DNA of 56,423 bases from a virus (IMGVR_UViG_3300037199_000067:1-56423), one strand, 5' to 3'. Shown: positions 38,351-46,512, counted from the first letter of the stretch. Program-made: numbers and translations. Notes: a model not told the origin generated them from the letters alone.

Positions 38351-38377
38351 TGTGTCTTTTTCTCCTGTTGGTTTTGG

Positions 38378-39254
38378 TTACTCCCCTTCCAGCTCTCGCA
38401 AGCGGTCAGGGTTATTGTTGAGAAGGTAATCGCGGATGCGCTCAATCAGTCGGTCGTCGTTGTAATCTACATCCCGGCCTTCACCGTCTCTGGTTTCAAA
38501 GTCCGAATACTCATACCCGTCATAGTCCGGGTCGCATGAAAGTCCCTCACTTGCCGCCTCGCGGATGCTGTCGCGCAAGTTTGAAACCACATCTTCCAGA
38601 GATTCGGCATCAAACAGTGCGCTATCGAGGTCAGCGACCATGATTGGCACTGAGCCTGAGCCGGAAGCGTTGCACACCCAGCGGGCAGGTGCCTGATTGT
38701 CTTTCTGACACGGCAGCATCAATCCTGAACGCTTCAGTGGGTCTGGCAGCACGACCTGCTACTGACGGATACACCTGACTCGGCACGCCCCTGCCTGCTT
38801 TTGGTGTGATGTTCATTTCCACCCATTCCTTGATGGCCTCAAAGGTCTGGTGCTCATCTGGTATGGGTATTTTGAGCTGGCTCAAAGCGTGCGCCCGAGC
38901 CACTGGATTGGTTGGCGCGACCTTGAGCAGCTCAATGACTGTGTTGCTCATGGCCTGCTCCAGTTTGCACTTGCGAGCGATGCCCGGCAGCTCTGGCTCT
39001 GCTGGCGCAGAGACTATTTGCTCACCATCGGGCACTTCACGGAACAGGTGGATTTCGGCGTTACCTGATGGATGGCAGTCGTCTATAAGTGTCCAATTTC
39101 CGTTGTAAACATAAGCCTCTTCAATGGGTAGTGTAGAGCCCCACATCGGTTCCCCCCAATACCCACTCGGACTCCAAATCAGGAATGTAGCGTTTGGGCC
39201 TAAACCCATGACGTTGGCTTCTGTGCATGGTAGTCTCTCAATTATCTGTCTCAT
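38378..39254 (-). CDS. Hypothetical protein of the Ubl operon, apparently split by a +1 frameshift near 38684
   Basis: ORFs 39254-38631 and 38752-38378 overlap; removing one C from TGCCCGC joins SERQSGTC to RWVCNASGSG. Confidence 0.5.
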
Positions 39255-39936
39255 TTGATTTTCCTTTCTCCAGTTGGTCTTTAATGCGGTGGCTTTCCAG
39301 TTTTGAAAGGTTGGCCACGAACTTAAACGGAAGCATGGGCATGGTCTCCTTGCTGAGCTCTGATGCCTTGATGCCCCACAGTACGAACAGGTTTTGCGCC
39401 AGTGCGGCGGCGCTGAAGTTTGCGCTCACGAGCTGGCGATTCTGCTGCTGGGCTTCTCCGGTACAGCCGGCGCTTGCGCGACGCGGGTCGCCGCTGCGGT
39501 CGGTGGCTATGATGGGATAATACACTCGCGGGTCGAGCGGTGTTTCCTTCCACGCGCGCCGATAATAGTACGCCTCAGATGACGTACTCTCATTGGCGGC
39601 GAAGATGGCTTGGCATCCGTACTGGTCGCAACTGTGCAGCACAGCCATCCGCGCCGGGTTGTTGTCCACACAGCAGAATATCCAGTCCGACGGGTCGTGC
39701 TCGATGGAGCCGGTGCCGTAGAACTCTGCGATGGCTTGGCAGCCGTACTTCTCAGCCAGTGCGGTGGCCTTGTTACTGCCCACCTGCTCAGGTGTGAACA
39801 ACTGGCGATTGAGGTTTTTGGTTTCCAGCGTGTCACCGTCCACGAGGATGATTTCCTGGGGCGAGCGCAGCAGGCACAGCGATGGAGCGAGCCATGAGCC
39901 CACGCCGCCGCAGCCGATGATGTAGTGTTTTCTCAT
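39238..39936 (-). CDS. E1/ThiF-family ubiquitin-like activating enzyme
   Basis: IIGCGGVGS, VDGD.LE.KNLNRQ, CVDNNPAR, candidate catalytic Cys in AGCTG. Confidence 0.92.
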   Translation of the reverse strand: MRKHYIIGCGGVGSWLAPSLCLLRSPQEIILVDGDTLETKNLNRQLFTPEQVGSNKATALAEKYGCQAIAEFYGTGSIEHDPSDWIFCCVDNNPARMAVLHSCDQYGCQAIFAANESTSSEAYYYRRAWKETPLDPRVYYPIIATDRSGDPRRASAGCTGEAQQQNRQLVSANFSAAALAQNLFVLWGIKASELSKETMPMLPFKFVANLSKLESHRIKDQLEKGKSNETDN

Positions 39937-39940
39937 AAGG

Positions 39941-40498
39941 TTAAAACAGTGTGTCTTGGTTTTTGATTGCTTGAGAGATTTTGTTCGTGGATGCGCTGAG
40001 GTTGTTGGCAGCCCTCAACGTCGCCAGTGCTACGTCCACCACCGAGTCGAACCTGTCGAGTTCCTCGGCGTCAATTAATGCCCGCACATGCGGCGAGCGA
40101 ACCAGTAGCGCGGCCACGGTTGATTTGTTGATTGAGCCTAGATTATCAGGCACTGAGATGGCGCTCGAAGCCAGAATAGCTTTGAGCACCTGCGGGTCGA
40201 TGACCTTCTTCACTGGCGCCATCTTGCACTCATACGCCAGCCGCTGCATGGGTGGCATGGCGGCCAGCTCTTCAGCGGTGTGCGTCCTGAACGTGATGGC
40301 GATAAATTCAGGAGCCCAGTGTCTCGTAATCGAAAAGTTCACTTCCTCTGCTGTTTCCTGGGTGGTTGCGCTGGACGCAAAAGTCCCACCGCGTGTGAAA
40401 AACCGACGCGCCTGTTCATTGAAAACAACAAACGTGTCGTTCGGCCCCAGCCTCTCTCTGGCCTCACCCAGCGTCATGCGTTCAAGTTCAATTCTCAT
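39941..40498 (-). CDS. Hypothetical protein of the Ubl operon
   Basis: N-terminus MRIELER...LGPNDTF resembles that of the gene starting at 39254. Confidence 0.7.
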   Translation of the reverse strand: MRIELERMTLGEARERLGPNDTFVVFNEQARRFFTRGGTFASSATTQETAEEVNFSITRHWAPEFIAITFRTHTAEELAAMPPMQRLAYECKMAPVKKVIDPQVLKAILASSAISVPDNLGSINKSTVAALLVRSPHVRALIDAEELDRFDSVVDVALATLRAANNLSASTNKISQAIKNQDTLF

Positions 40499-41193
40499 AA
40501 CACGATGTGGTTGAAGATGGCCTGCGAGACTTTGAGGCTGTTTTCCTGCCAGGTGCCCAGACTTGGCAACTGCTCAAATCCCTCCTTGTTGGGCTTGAAG
40601 CGGAACAGCGCCTGCGTCTCCTCTGGTTTATTGTCGAGGTCGCCCTGCCATTGGCCCAGCACGAGCTGGTCGAGGTTCGCCTTGATGGCTTCCTGCACGG
40701 TGGCAAATGAGCTGTCCATGTCGCCGGCGCACAATTCGCAGGTGTCGAACAGATTGCCCAGCGGCAGCCGGTACGCGTGCTTGGCACCGTCGTAAGCCAC
40801 GAGCCACTGTTTGCCGCGTTCACAGTTTCCAATGTTGCTTTTGACGGCGCACAGCAGCTTCAGCAGCATTCCCTCTGGCGGCGTCCACTTCATGGCGATC
40901 ACCGGCTCTTCCTTGGCGCTGAACTTGGGGTACAGCACGCCATCGCTGATTTTGAAGTGGGTTTTGAGCGGCAGATGCGGCAGCTCAATCGTGTAGAAGT
41001 TGTCGTTCGGTGTGAACACGCCGTGCACCGCTCCCCAGTCGGGAATCTCGAACAGGTTCAGCGCCCTGCGGCTCACGTTGGCTGCCAGGGTTTCGGCCAC
41101 TTGCTCACCAATGTCCAGCAGGTCGCTGGTGATGGTTCGACGCTCGATGTTGCCGTCTTCGAGAATCACAGTTTCGGTTTTTGTTGTACTCAT
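40495..41193 (-). CDS. Prokaryotic E2-like conjugating enzyme (PRTRC-B / family D-like)
   Basis: YRLPLGNLFDTCELCAG matches the UBC-type P..N.....xC.G active-site motif; lies between Ubl and E1. Confidence 0.65.
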   Translation of the reverse strand: MSTTKTETVILEDGNIERRTITSDLLDIGEQVAETLAANVSRRALNLFEIPDWGAVHGVFTPNDNFYTIELPHLPLKTHFKISDGVLYPKFSAKEEPVIAMKWTPPEGMLLKLLCAVKSNIGNCERGKQWLVAYDGAKHAYRLPLGNLFDTCELCAGDMDSSFATVQEAIKANLDQLVLGQWQGDLDNKPEETQALFRFKPNKEGFEQLPSLGTWQENSLKVSQAIFNHIVL

Positions 41194-41214
41194 GGTAGGT
41201 TATTAAAAGCAAAT

Positions 41215-41240
41215 GGCGGGCAGGATTGCTCCCGCCCGCC
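41215..41240 (-). terminator. Hairpin/terminator directly after the Ubl gene
   Basis: GGCGGGCGGGA-GCAA-TCCTGCCCGCC followed by ATTTGCTTTT (minus strand). Confidence 0.65.
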
Positions 41241-41257
41241 GTGGTTTACGGTTTGTT

Positions 41258-41479
41258 TTACGCCTTCTGGTTCGCTGCCGTTTCCACGACCACCGTGGCA
41301 CCGTCAGGAATCAGAGTGTCGTCCGTCATGGCGACGCCGTTGATGAGCAGGTTGATGTTGTCACCGTACCCGAGCAGTGCTCGCAGGTTCGGATTGGACC
41401 GAACGGCGCCGATGGTGGTCGGCTGCTGATTCGACAGCTCGCTCGAATCCACGCCGTATTTGACTCTGTAACTTATCAT
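41258..41479 (-). CDS. Ubiquitin-like (beta-grasp) protein, 73 aa, C-terminus ANQKA
   Basis: YRVKYG...TTIGAV...LGY..NINLLING...DTLIPDGATVVV; first gene of the E2/E1/JAB block. Confidence 0.8.
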   Translation of the reverse strand: MISYRVKYGVDSSELSNQQPTTIGAVRSNPNLRALLGYGDNINLLINGVAMTDDTLIPDGATVVVETAANQKA

Positions 41480-41622
41480 TTGTTTTCTCCATTTTGTTTC
41501 CCCTGAGCGACCTGATGTCGCGGGTTGGTTTCAGCGCAGAGCAAGGGTTGCGCTGTGTGCAGCAGTCCAACTATCCTGACCGCACAAGTCTGCCTTGCGA
41601 ACGGCAAAGCAGAGTTGAAGGG

Positions 41623-41907
41623 TCAATGTGGGTATTTTTCGGTGTTCTTCTTGGCCTGAAGCAGCTTGAGGGCGAGAAGCATGTGGTGGGTTTGACCCTG
41701 ACTCGCCAGCACTTTTTCAAGTGTGCCGACGGCTTCGTTGATAAAATCAACAGGTGCGGCCACAAAGATGGAAGAAACCAGCAAGCTCATCCTCCTGTCT
41801 GGGTGAGTTGTCATAATCGCAGCGGCGATGTTGCCGGCCTCTTCGCACGACAATTCCAGTGTGAATATGGGCCTTTCGCCCTCTTTTTGGGTGGTGGTTA
41901 TTTTCAT
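41623..41907 (-). CDS. Hypothetical protein
   Basis: ATGA coupling. Confidence 0.6.
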   Translation of the reverse strand: MKITTTQKEGERPIFTLELSCEEAGNIAAAIMTTHPDRRMSLLVSSIFVAAPVDFINEAVGTLEKVLASQGQTHHMLLALKLLQAKKNTEKYPH

Positions 41908-42143
41908 GCGATTATCTCCATGTATTTGGCGTACAGCACCCAAGCCAGATACTCGGGCAGCGCGCCTTTGGCTTCCAGTTCGTCCCTGAACTGCTTCAGG
42001 TATTCGGTCAGCTCGGACACGATGCGACCGTCTGGCGAATCGTCTAGGATGCGCTCAACTTGTTCGATTTGCGCTTCGTCGAGCAGGTCGCCAATCGTGA
42101 CGGTCTTGGCCACGAATTCCGATTTGGGTGTGAGTTTTTTCAT
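41904..42143 (-). CDS. Hypothetical protein
   Basis: MKKLTPKSEF...; ATGA coupling. Confidence 0.65.
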   Translation of the reverse strand: MKKLTPKSEFVAKTVTIGDLLDEAQIEQVERILDDSPDGRIVSELTEYLKQFRDELEAKGALPEYLAWVLYAKYMEIIA

Positions 42144-42334
42144 GTGAGGTTTACTGGCTCTATCCAGCGGGCGGTTTTGTGTTTGCATCGCGGGCATCTG
42201 GCCGGCGAATTGTTGTCCAGCCCGAGCAATACGATGCGCTCGCAGCGGTCGCAATACCAGCCGCCGTTTTGTGCGAACTTCCGGAAGCTGGGCAGCAACA
42301 GGTAGTTTGTGTCCTGATGGACTTGAGTGGCCAT
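42140..42334 (-). CDS. Zn-ribbon protein
   Basis: CDRC...CPRC; TGATG coupling. Confidence 0.65.
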   Translation of the reverse strand: MATQVHQDTNYLLLPSFRKFAQNGGWYCDRCERIVLLGLDNNSPARCPRCKHKTARWIEPVNLT

Positions 42335-42537
42335 CACAAGCACGCAGGCTGCCGTTCCCAGGCCAGCTCAATGGGGTTGATGGGGATATGCTCTTTTCGC
42401 GCCAGGATGACCTGTGGCGCGTCGAAGACGAATTCGGCCCTTATGGAGCGAATGTCGCCTGTGGGCGTTGCGGTGATGCCACGGATGTGCGCGTTTGGGG
42501 CATCCAGCACTGTCTCTGGCTTCAATAATTTGCTCAT
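42334..42537 (-). CDS. Hypothetical protein (67 aa)
   Basis: Operon packing. Confidence 0.55.
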   Translation of the reverse strand: MSKLLKPETVLDAPNAHIRGITATPTGDIRSIRAEFVFDAPQVILARKEHIPINPIELAWERQPACL

Positions 42538-42583
42538 GTCTGTTCTTTCTCTGTTGTACAGCTTGTGGTTGATGAAATAAAGT

Positions 42584-42613
42584 GGGCTGCCCAGCCCGAA
42601 GACTGAGCAGCCC
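42584..42613 (-). terminator. Stable hairpin with cUUCGg loop, probable terminator
   Basis: GGGCTGCTCAGTC-TTCG-GGCTGGGCAGCCC followed by ACTTTATT. Confidence 0.65.
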
Positions 42614-42657
42614 GTTGCCGTCGTGCGCCAGCTCCTTATTCCGGCGCGCGAATCATT

Positions 42658-42888
42658 TTAGTGCTTGGCCCCCAGGACCGCTTCGCCAGTGAGATCGGGC
42701 GAGGGCAGTTCAGCCAACTGCTTGCGCCAGCCGCAGATGCTATGCTCTTGCAGCCGGATGTTTTCCTGCGCTTGCAGGATGGAGCGAATCAGGGTGATGG
42801 CCGTCTGACGGCTCGGCGTTACCAGTTGTCCAGCCGGCGCGCCTTTGCCGTCAGCTTCAATCAGTGCCTGTACTTGTTTTGTGTCCAT
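42658..42888 (-). CDS. Hypothetical protein (76 aa)
   Basis: ORF with A-rich upstream region. Confidence 0.6.
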   Translation of the reverse strand: MDTKQVQALIEADGKGAPAGQLVTPSRQTAITLIRSILQAQENIRLQEHSICGWRKQLAELPSPDLTGEAVLGAKH

Positions 42889-42901
42889 TTTCTGTTTTCT
42901 C

Positions 42902-43411
42902 CTATGCTCCCGAACGGCTCTTCGCCACGCGGGAAAGTGGTGGACTGAACGGGAATCGAACCCGCGATAATTCGGTGTTAGGGCAAAGCTCGATTTCAGT
43001 GCTACTCAAGCTCGCACCGACCCGGAATTTTCCTTCACGAGTCCAGACGTGGAGTGCGCCGGATTTTATCGCCATGTCGCTTCGGTATTGGCCGAGCGTG
43101 TATTCTTTGGCGTGGCCGTATGTTTTCGCTGCGGGCATTTTCCATTCGATGTCATCGGAGCAGCACGAGCAGATTTCCACCGGCTTTTGTTTCCTCACGC
43201 CGATTATCGCCATCATCGCCCAGCCAGAGTCATGCTTCTTTCCAGTGCTGACGATTAGGAGCGAGTCGTATCGCGGGCTATCGTCATCCCATTTCCGATG
43301 GGGCAGCGCGAGGAGGGCGGCACGCGGCCACTCGTTGACGCTTTGCCCTAACCAATCGGTGCAGCCAACAGCCGCCGCGCTTTTCCGTTTCGTTGCGTTT
43401 TTCTTCTTCAT
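42902..43411 (-). CDS. Hypothetical cassette protein (169 aa); start codon inside the attC loop
   Basis: CTTATG start in attC5; YDSLLIVSTGKKHDSGWAMMAIIG core. Confidence 0.7.
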   Translation of the reverse strand: MKKKNATKRKSAAAVGCTDWLGQSVNEWPRAALLALPHRKWDDDSPRYDSLLIVSTGKKHDSGWAMMAIIGVRKQKPVEICSCCSDDIEWKMPAAKTYGHAKEYTLGQYRSDMAIKSGALHVWTREGKFRVGASLSSTEIELCPNTELSRVRFPFSPPLSRVAKSRSGA

Positions 43412-43465
43412 AAGTTTTCAGTGTCGGCCACGCCACTCCCCGGCGGCTGTGGCTGACCTTTTTCG
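42978..43465 (+). mobile_element. Single integron cassette (488 bp)
   Basis: 5' core GTTAGGGCAAAGC is the exact 13-bp reverse complement of GCTTTGCCCTAAC at its attC. Confidence 0.88.
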
Positions 43466-43471
43466 TTATCC
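43346..43471 (+). other. attC: attC site 5 (126 bp)
   Basis: CCCTAAC...GTTATCC; arms GGTGCAGCCAACAGCCGCCG / CGGCGGCTGTGGCTGACC with extra G and A. Confidence 0.9.
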
Positions 43472-43590
43472 GGCGACTAGGCCACTAGCCACTTATCCAG
43501 CCCATTGTGCATCACATTGAGGCACAAAGAGAAACGCAGTCATGTTGGCTGTCCATGCTGCGTTTGTGCTTTGTGTCCAGGGCCTGATGA

Positions 43591-44055
43591 TCAGGCTTCG
43601 ATGGCCTTTTTGCCTTTGACGCTTTCTTCAGCGCGTTCCAGGAGCGCCATGCGTTCGTCTTCGGGCAGTTCGGCCAGCGCTTTGACAATCTGTTCGCTGG
43701 TCACTGTCCGTTTGTCCGCAACGCTCATGAGCGCCAGCGTGAACCGTTTGACGCCGGCTTTGTTGCGGGTCACTGCGACCCGCGCGCCCGTCCATTCGGG
43801 CGACGCCGCCATCTTGAGCGCTTCACCGATGCCGATTTCCTTGATGCGGTTGGACGTGGCAAGGATCGCCTCATCCAGCGCGCTCGATTTGGTCGGCAGT
43901 TGCAACCGTTTGGCCATGTCGCGCCGGCTTTCCAGCGTGAGGGACAGGCCAACGACCTGTTTGTCGGCATTTTGCCGCGTCTTCTGGACGAAGCCAACGT
44001 CCAACGTGCCCGGTTGCGTGAATTGGAACAGTTCCAGTGTGTTATTTGTGTTCAT
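43591..44055 (-). CDS. Hypothetical early protein
   Basis: Clean ORF MNTNNTLELFQF... Confidence 0.7.
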   Translation of the reverse strand: MNTNNTLELFQFTQPGTLDVGFVQKTRQNADKQVVGLSLTLESRRDMAKRLQLPTKSSALDEAILATSNRIKEIGIGEALKMAASPEWTGARVAVTRNKAGVKRFTLALMSVADKRTVTSEQIVKALAELPEDERMALLERAEESVKGKKAIEA

Positions 44056-44149
44056 CTGTCTTTTCTCCATTGCCGCAGCATAATTGCCACGGGGAGCAAT
44101 GCGATTGCTTCCGCTCGACCGTCAAAGCGAACCGACCGGAAGCATCACA

Positions 44150-44323
44150 TCAGACAGGTTTCACGTCATCAGGCACCATCTCAAACAGCCACCGAGGCTG
44201 ATTTGCCAAGCCCCAGCGTATCTGTTCATCACTCAAGGGCATCGGCAACGCCTTGCGCTTTACCCGCGCAGGACGCTTGCTGACACGCTTGCGCGCATCT
44301 TTCAAGTCAATCGTGTATTGCAT
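44150..44323 (-). CDS. Possible small basic protein (57 aa, below the ORF-track cutoff)
   Basis: MQYTIDLKDARKRVSKRPARVKRKALPMPLSDEQIRWGL... Confidence 0.4.
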   Translation of the reverse strand: MQYTIDLKDARKRVSKRPARVKRKALPMPLSDEQIRWGLANQPRWLFEMVPDDVKPV

Positions 44324-44415
44324 ATCATGTCACCATCCTTCCAACCATAAAGCGAGTGATACTCAGGAATAACCACTTGACGACTCGAATAATCCATGGC
44401 AAAACCAGTGGAGGC

Positions 44416-44721
44416 ATGAGTTATCCAGCCGCATATGTCCAGATGCTTTCTTTCCAAGAGCTTGCCGCTGAACGGGCGAGAGACGCCAGCAACGCCGACA
44501 CCGCAAAGCTCATGCTGGCTTGGGAGAAACTCGAACGTCTGAAGCGCGAGATGCGAGGCATCCCACCACTCAAGGCAATCGACTCACCCAAGTGGCCACG
44601 CCGCGCGCGCGCCAAGCTCATCGACGCCGGCGACGCTGCAATCGAAATCGAGAGCAAGGAATCTATTTCGACCCCGACCGTGACCGCACCGCCCACGCCG
44701 CCAGCCCCCAAGGCGACCTGA
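44416..44721 (+). CDS. Hypothetical protein, lone plus-strand gene
   Basis: GGAGGC-ATG with TTGACG upstream; helical basic protein. Confidence 0.6.
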   Translation: MSYPAAYVQMLSFQELAAERARDASNADTAKLMLAWEKLERLKREMRGIPPLKAIDSPKWPRRARAKLIDAGDAAIEIESKESISTPTVTAPPTPPAPKAT

Positions 44722-45275
44722 CAACTGTTTGGGACCCACTCCCACACGATCACCCGTCACCCCGGTCTTCATCTGGTTGTGCAACTGCGTCAAAATTGAA
44801 AAAGGGTGGTGATGGGGTAAAACTCTCCTCGCGAATGCCTGGTCTGGGTACACCGCCGCCTTGCCCGTTTTCTTGGGCACATTTTTAACGCTTCCCCATC
44901 AGTCAGTTACGATGTTTCAGGACAGGCTGTGCTTGGCGCAGGACAAGGTGGTGGCTGCGTAGAAGTGCATGGTGCCTGTCCGCCATGGGGTAATTAACCC
45001 CAAACCTTGTGGCGGCTGTATGTGTTTTCTCGGGGTGCTTGTTGGGCACTCCCTCTGGAGTTGATCTCCAGTCCCCCGCAGGGGATTCCGTTTGTACTTG
45101 ATGGGAGAGCGCCCTGAATCGCTTGTGTAAACAGGGCTTTGGAAATGAAACGGGCTCCCTTGTTCAAGGGGAGCCCTGGAATGACTTTCGCCAGTTCTGC
45201 CGCATACGCCTGAAAAGACGCGCAGCATATTGTTTGAACTTACCAAAGTCATTCCGCTGCTACAAAACCACAGGT

Positions 45276-45503
45276 TCAGAATCCTGTCAACCTCTTTTTA
45301 TTGGCGAACCCGGACGGCAGGGTTGCCTCCACCTTGCGCCAGTGGCCAGCCACCTCAGGGTGCCAGCGGCAGTTCCAACACAGTTTCTTTGGGACCCATG
45401 ACTGTTTTGACCCTGAAACACCCTTGTCGGCAGTGCTGAAAAGATGGGCCTTTTTGGTGCCATTTACCCAGAACAGGGTGAGCCTGACCGCATCGGAAGT
45501 CAT
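45276..45503 (-). CDS. Hypothetical protein (75 aa)
   Basis: ATGA coupling to the XRE gene. Confidence 0.5.
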   Translation of the reverse strand: MTSDAVRLTLFWVNGTKKAHLFSTADKGVSGSKQSWVPKKLCWNCRWHPEVAGHWRKVEATLPSGFANKKRLTGF

Positions 45504-45760
45504 GTTTTGTACCTGAACAGAGGCACTGAGGCCGGCTTGGCCGCCAGCACATTGTGATACGCCGTGACCATGCCGCTCTGCCACGTCCGGTGGCCGGCCT
45601 CAAGCTGTGAGAGAAACGACGTGGAGATGTGCAGCGCCCGCGCCATCTGCACGCCAGTCATGCCGGCAGCCAGCCGCTTCTTCTTCAGGTTCTGGCCCAG
45701 CACCCGGTCGTCCTGCTCCACCCCGGAGCCGTTGCAGCAATGGCAGTGTTTACTCATCAA
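45500..45760 (-). CDS. XRE/Cro-like HTH regulator with CxxCxG knuckle
   Basis: LKKKRLAAGMTGVQMARALHISTSFLSQLEAG. Confidence 0.85.
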   Translation of the reverse strand: MMSKHCHCCNGSGVEQDDRVLGQNLKKKRLAAGMTGVQMARALHISTSFLSQLEAGHRTWQSGMVTAYHNVLAAKPASVPLFRYKT

Positions 45761-46223
45761 TCCGTCTGATGTTGGATGGCGCCGGCAATGCCTTGAATTT
45801 GCGCTCCTTTAGGAACTCGTAGTACGTCTGGTTGCCGTCCCAGATGTAGGGCAGAAACACCTGCATTGGCTCCATTTGCTTGAGTTTTATCATGGAAACC
45901 TGCACCTGAACCCAGTCCTGAACGATCTTCCACGCCGTCCGGCCAGCCTGCTCCAGAAAGTCTTCCTCGGTCAGCTTTGGCCGGGTCCGGCTGGTGACGT
46001 AATCCTTCCACAAGTACGCGTGCACACCGGCCACGTTCGCCGGCAGCTTGACCAGATGCTTGCCGGTCCCGTTGCCCATCTCGATTTCGAACATCAGCGC
46101 GACCACCTGCCCGGACTCCACCTTCTTCATAATCCCGCTGGCGCCGGCCTCCATCAGATACTGCTCGATGTAGTTGATGGTGGTGGCTGAGGCGATTCCA
46201 GAGGTGTAGTTTTTAAGATTCAT
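45750..46223 (-). CDS. Conserved phage hypothetical protein (157 aa)
   Basis: LKNYTS...QAGRTAWKIVQDWV.VQ...QVFLPY. Confidence 0.75.
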   Translation of the reverse strand: MNLKNYTSGIASATTINYIEQYLMEAGASGIMKKVESGQVVALMFEIEMGNGTGKHLVKLPANVAGVHAYLWKDYVTSRTRPKLTEEDFLEQAGRTAWKIVQDWVQVQVSMIKLKQMEPMQVFLPYIWDGNQTYYEFLKERKFKALPAPSNIRRIDE

Positions 46224-46512
46224 TCTGTTTCTCCCGCTCAGCGATCATGGCGTCAGCAAAAGAATACTTCAACCTGGCAATCTCTGCGTGAATCTCTTTC
46301 TCGTGTTTGGTAATGAAACGTACTCGATTTGCCAAAACTGGCTCATCAAAGTCTGGGAACAAATTATAGACAGCATCTCCTACTGGAATGTTGTTTTCAG
46401 CCGCAAACCAGTCGCGCAGGGACATGCCTAGCTCTGAGTGACTGTGTCTTCCACATCCATCATGGCCACGAGGTCTAGGAAACGCTGGCCCACCGTCATT
46501 CTTATTGCTCAT
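46213..46512 (-). CDS. Conserved small phage protein (GGPAFP...GMSLRDWFAA...ADAMIAER type)
   Basis: Characteristic motifs; leaderless start 7 nt after TAGGAT. Confidence 0.8.
   Translation of the reverse strand: MSNKNDGGPAFPRPRGHDGCGRHSHSELGMSLRDWFAAENNIPVGDAVYNLFPDFDEPVLANRVRFITKHEKEIHAEIARLKYSFADAMIAEREKQNES

Larger units (their letters stand above)
42938..43503 (-). tRNA. tRNA-like gene (78 nt when joined) interrupted by an integron cassette; halves 43503-43466 and 42977-42938
   Basis: Joined: GGGCTGG...TCAGTCC-ACCA acceptor stem with G3:U70, T-arm GCGGG-TTCGATT-CCCGT, stem GATAA-CACCGAA-TTATC; non-canonical D/variable spacing. Confidence 0.65.

Noticed and set aside
42938-42977. tRNA 3' fragment as a prophage attP
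   Set aside because: No integrase is encoded, and the matching 5' half lies on the other side of the cassette.
42909-42983. A sixth attC (CCCGAAC...GTTAGGG)
   Set aside because: The L arms pair poorly, TTAGGG belongs to the incoming cassette, and the dyad is explained by the tRNA-like T-arm.
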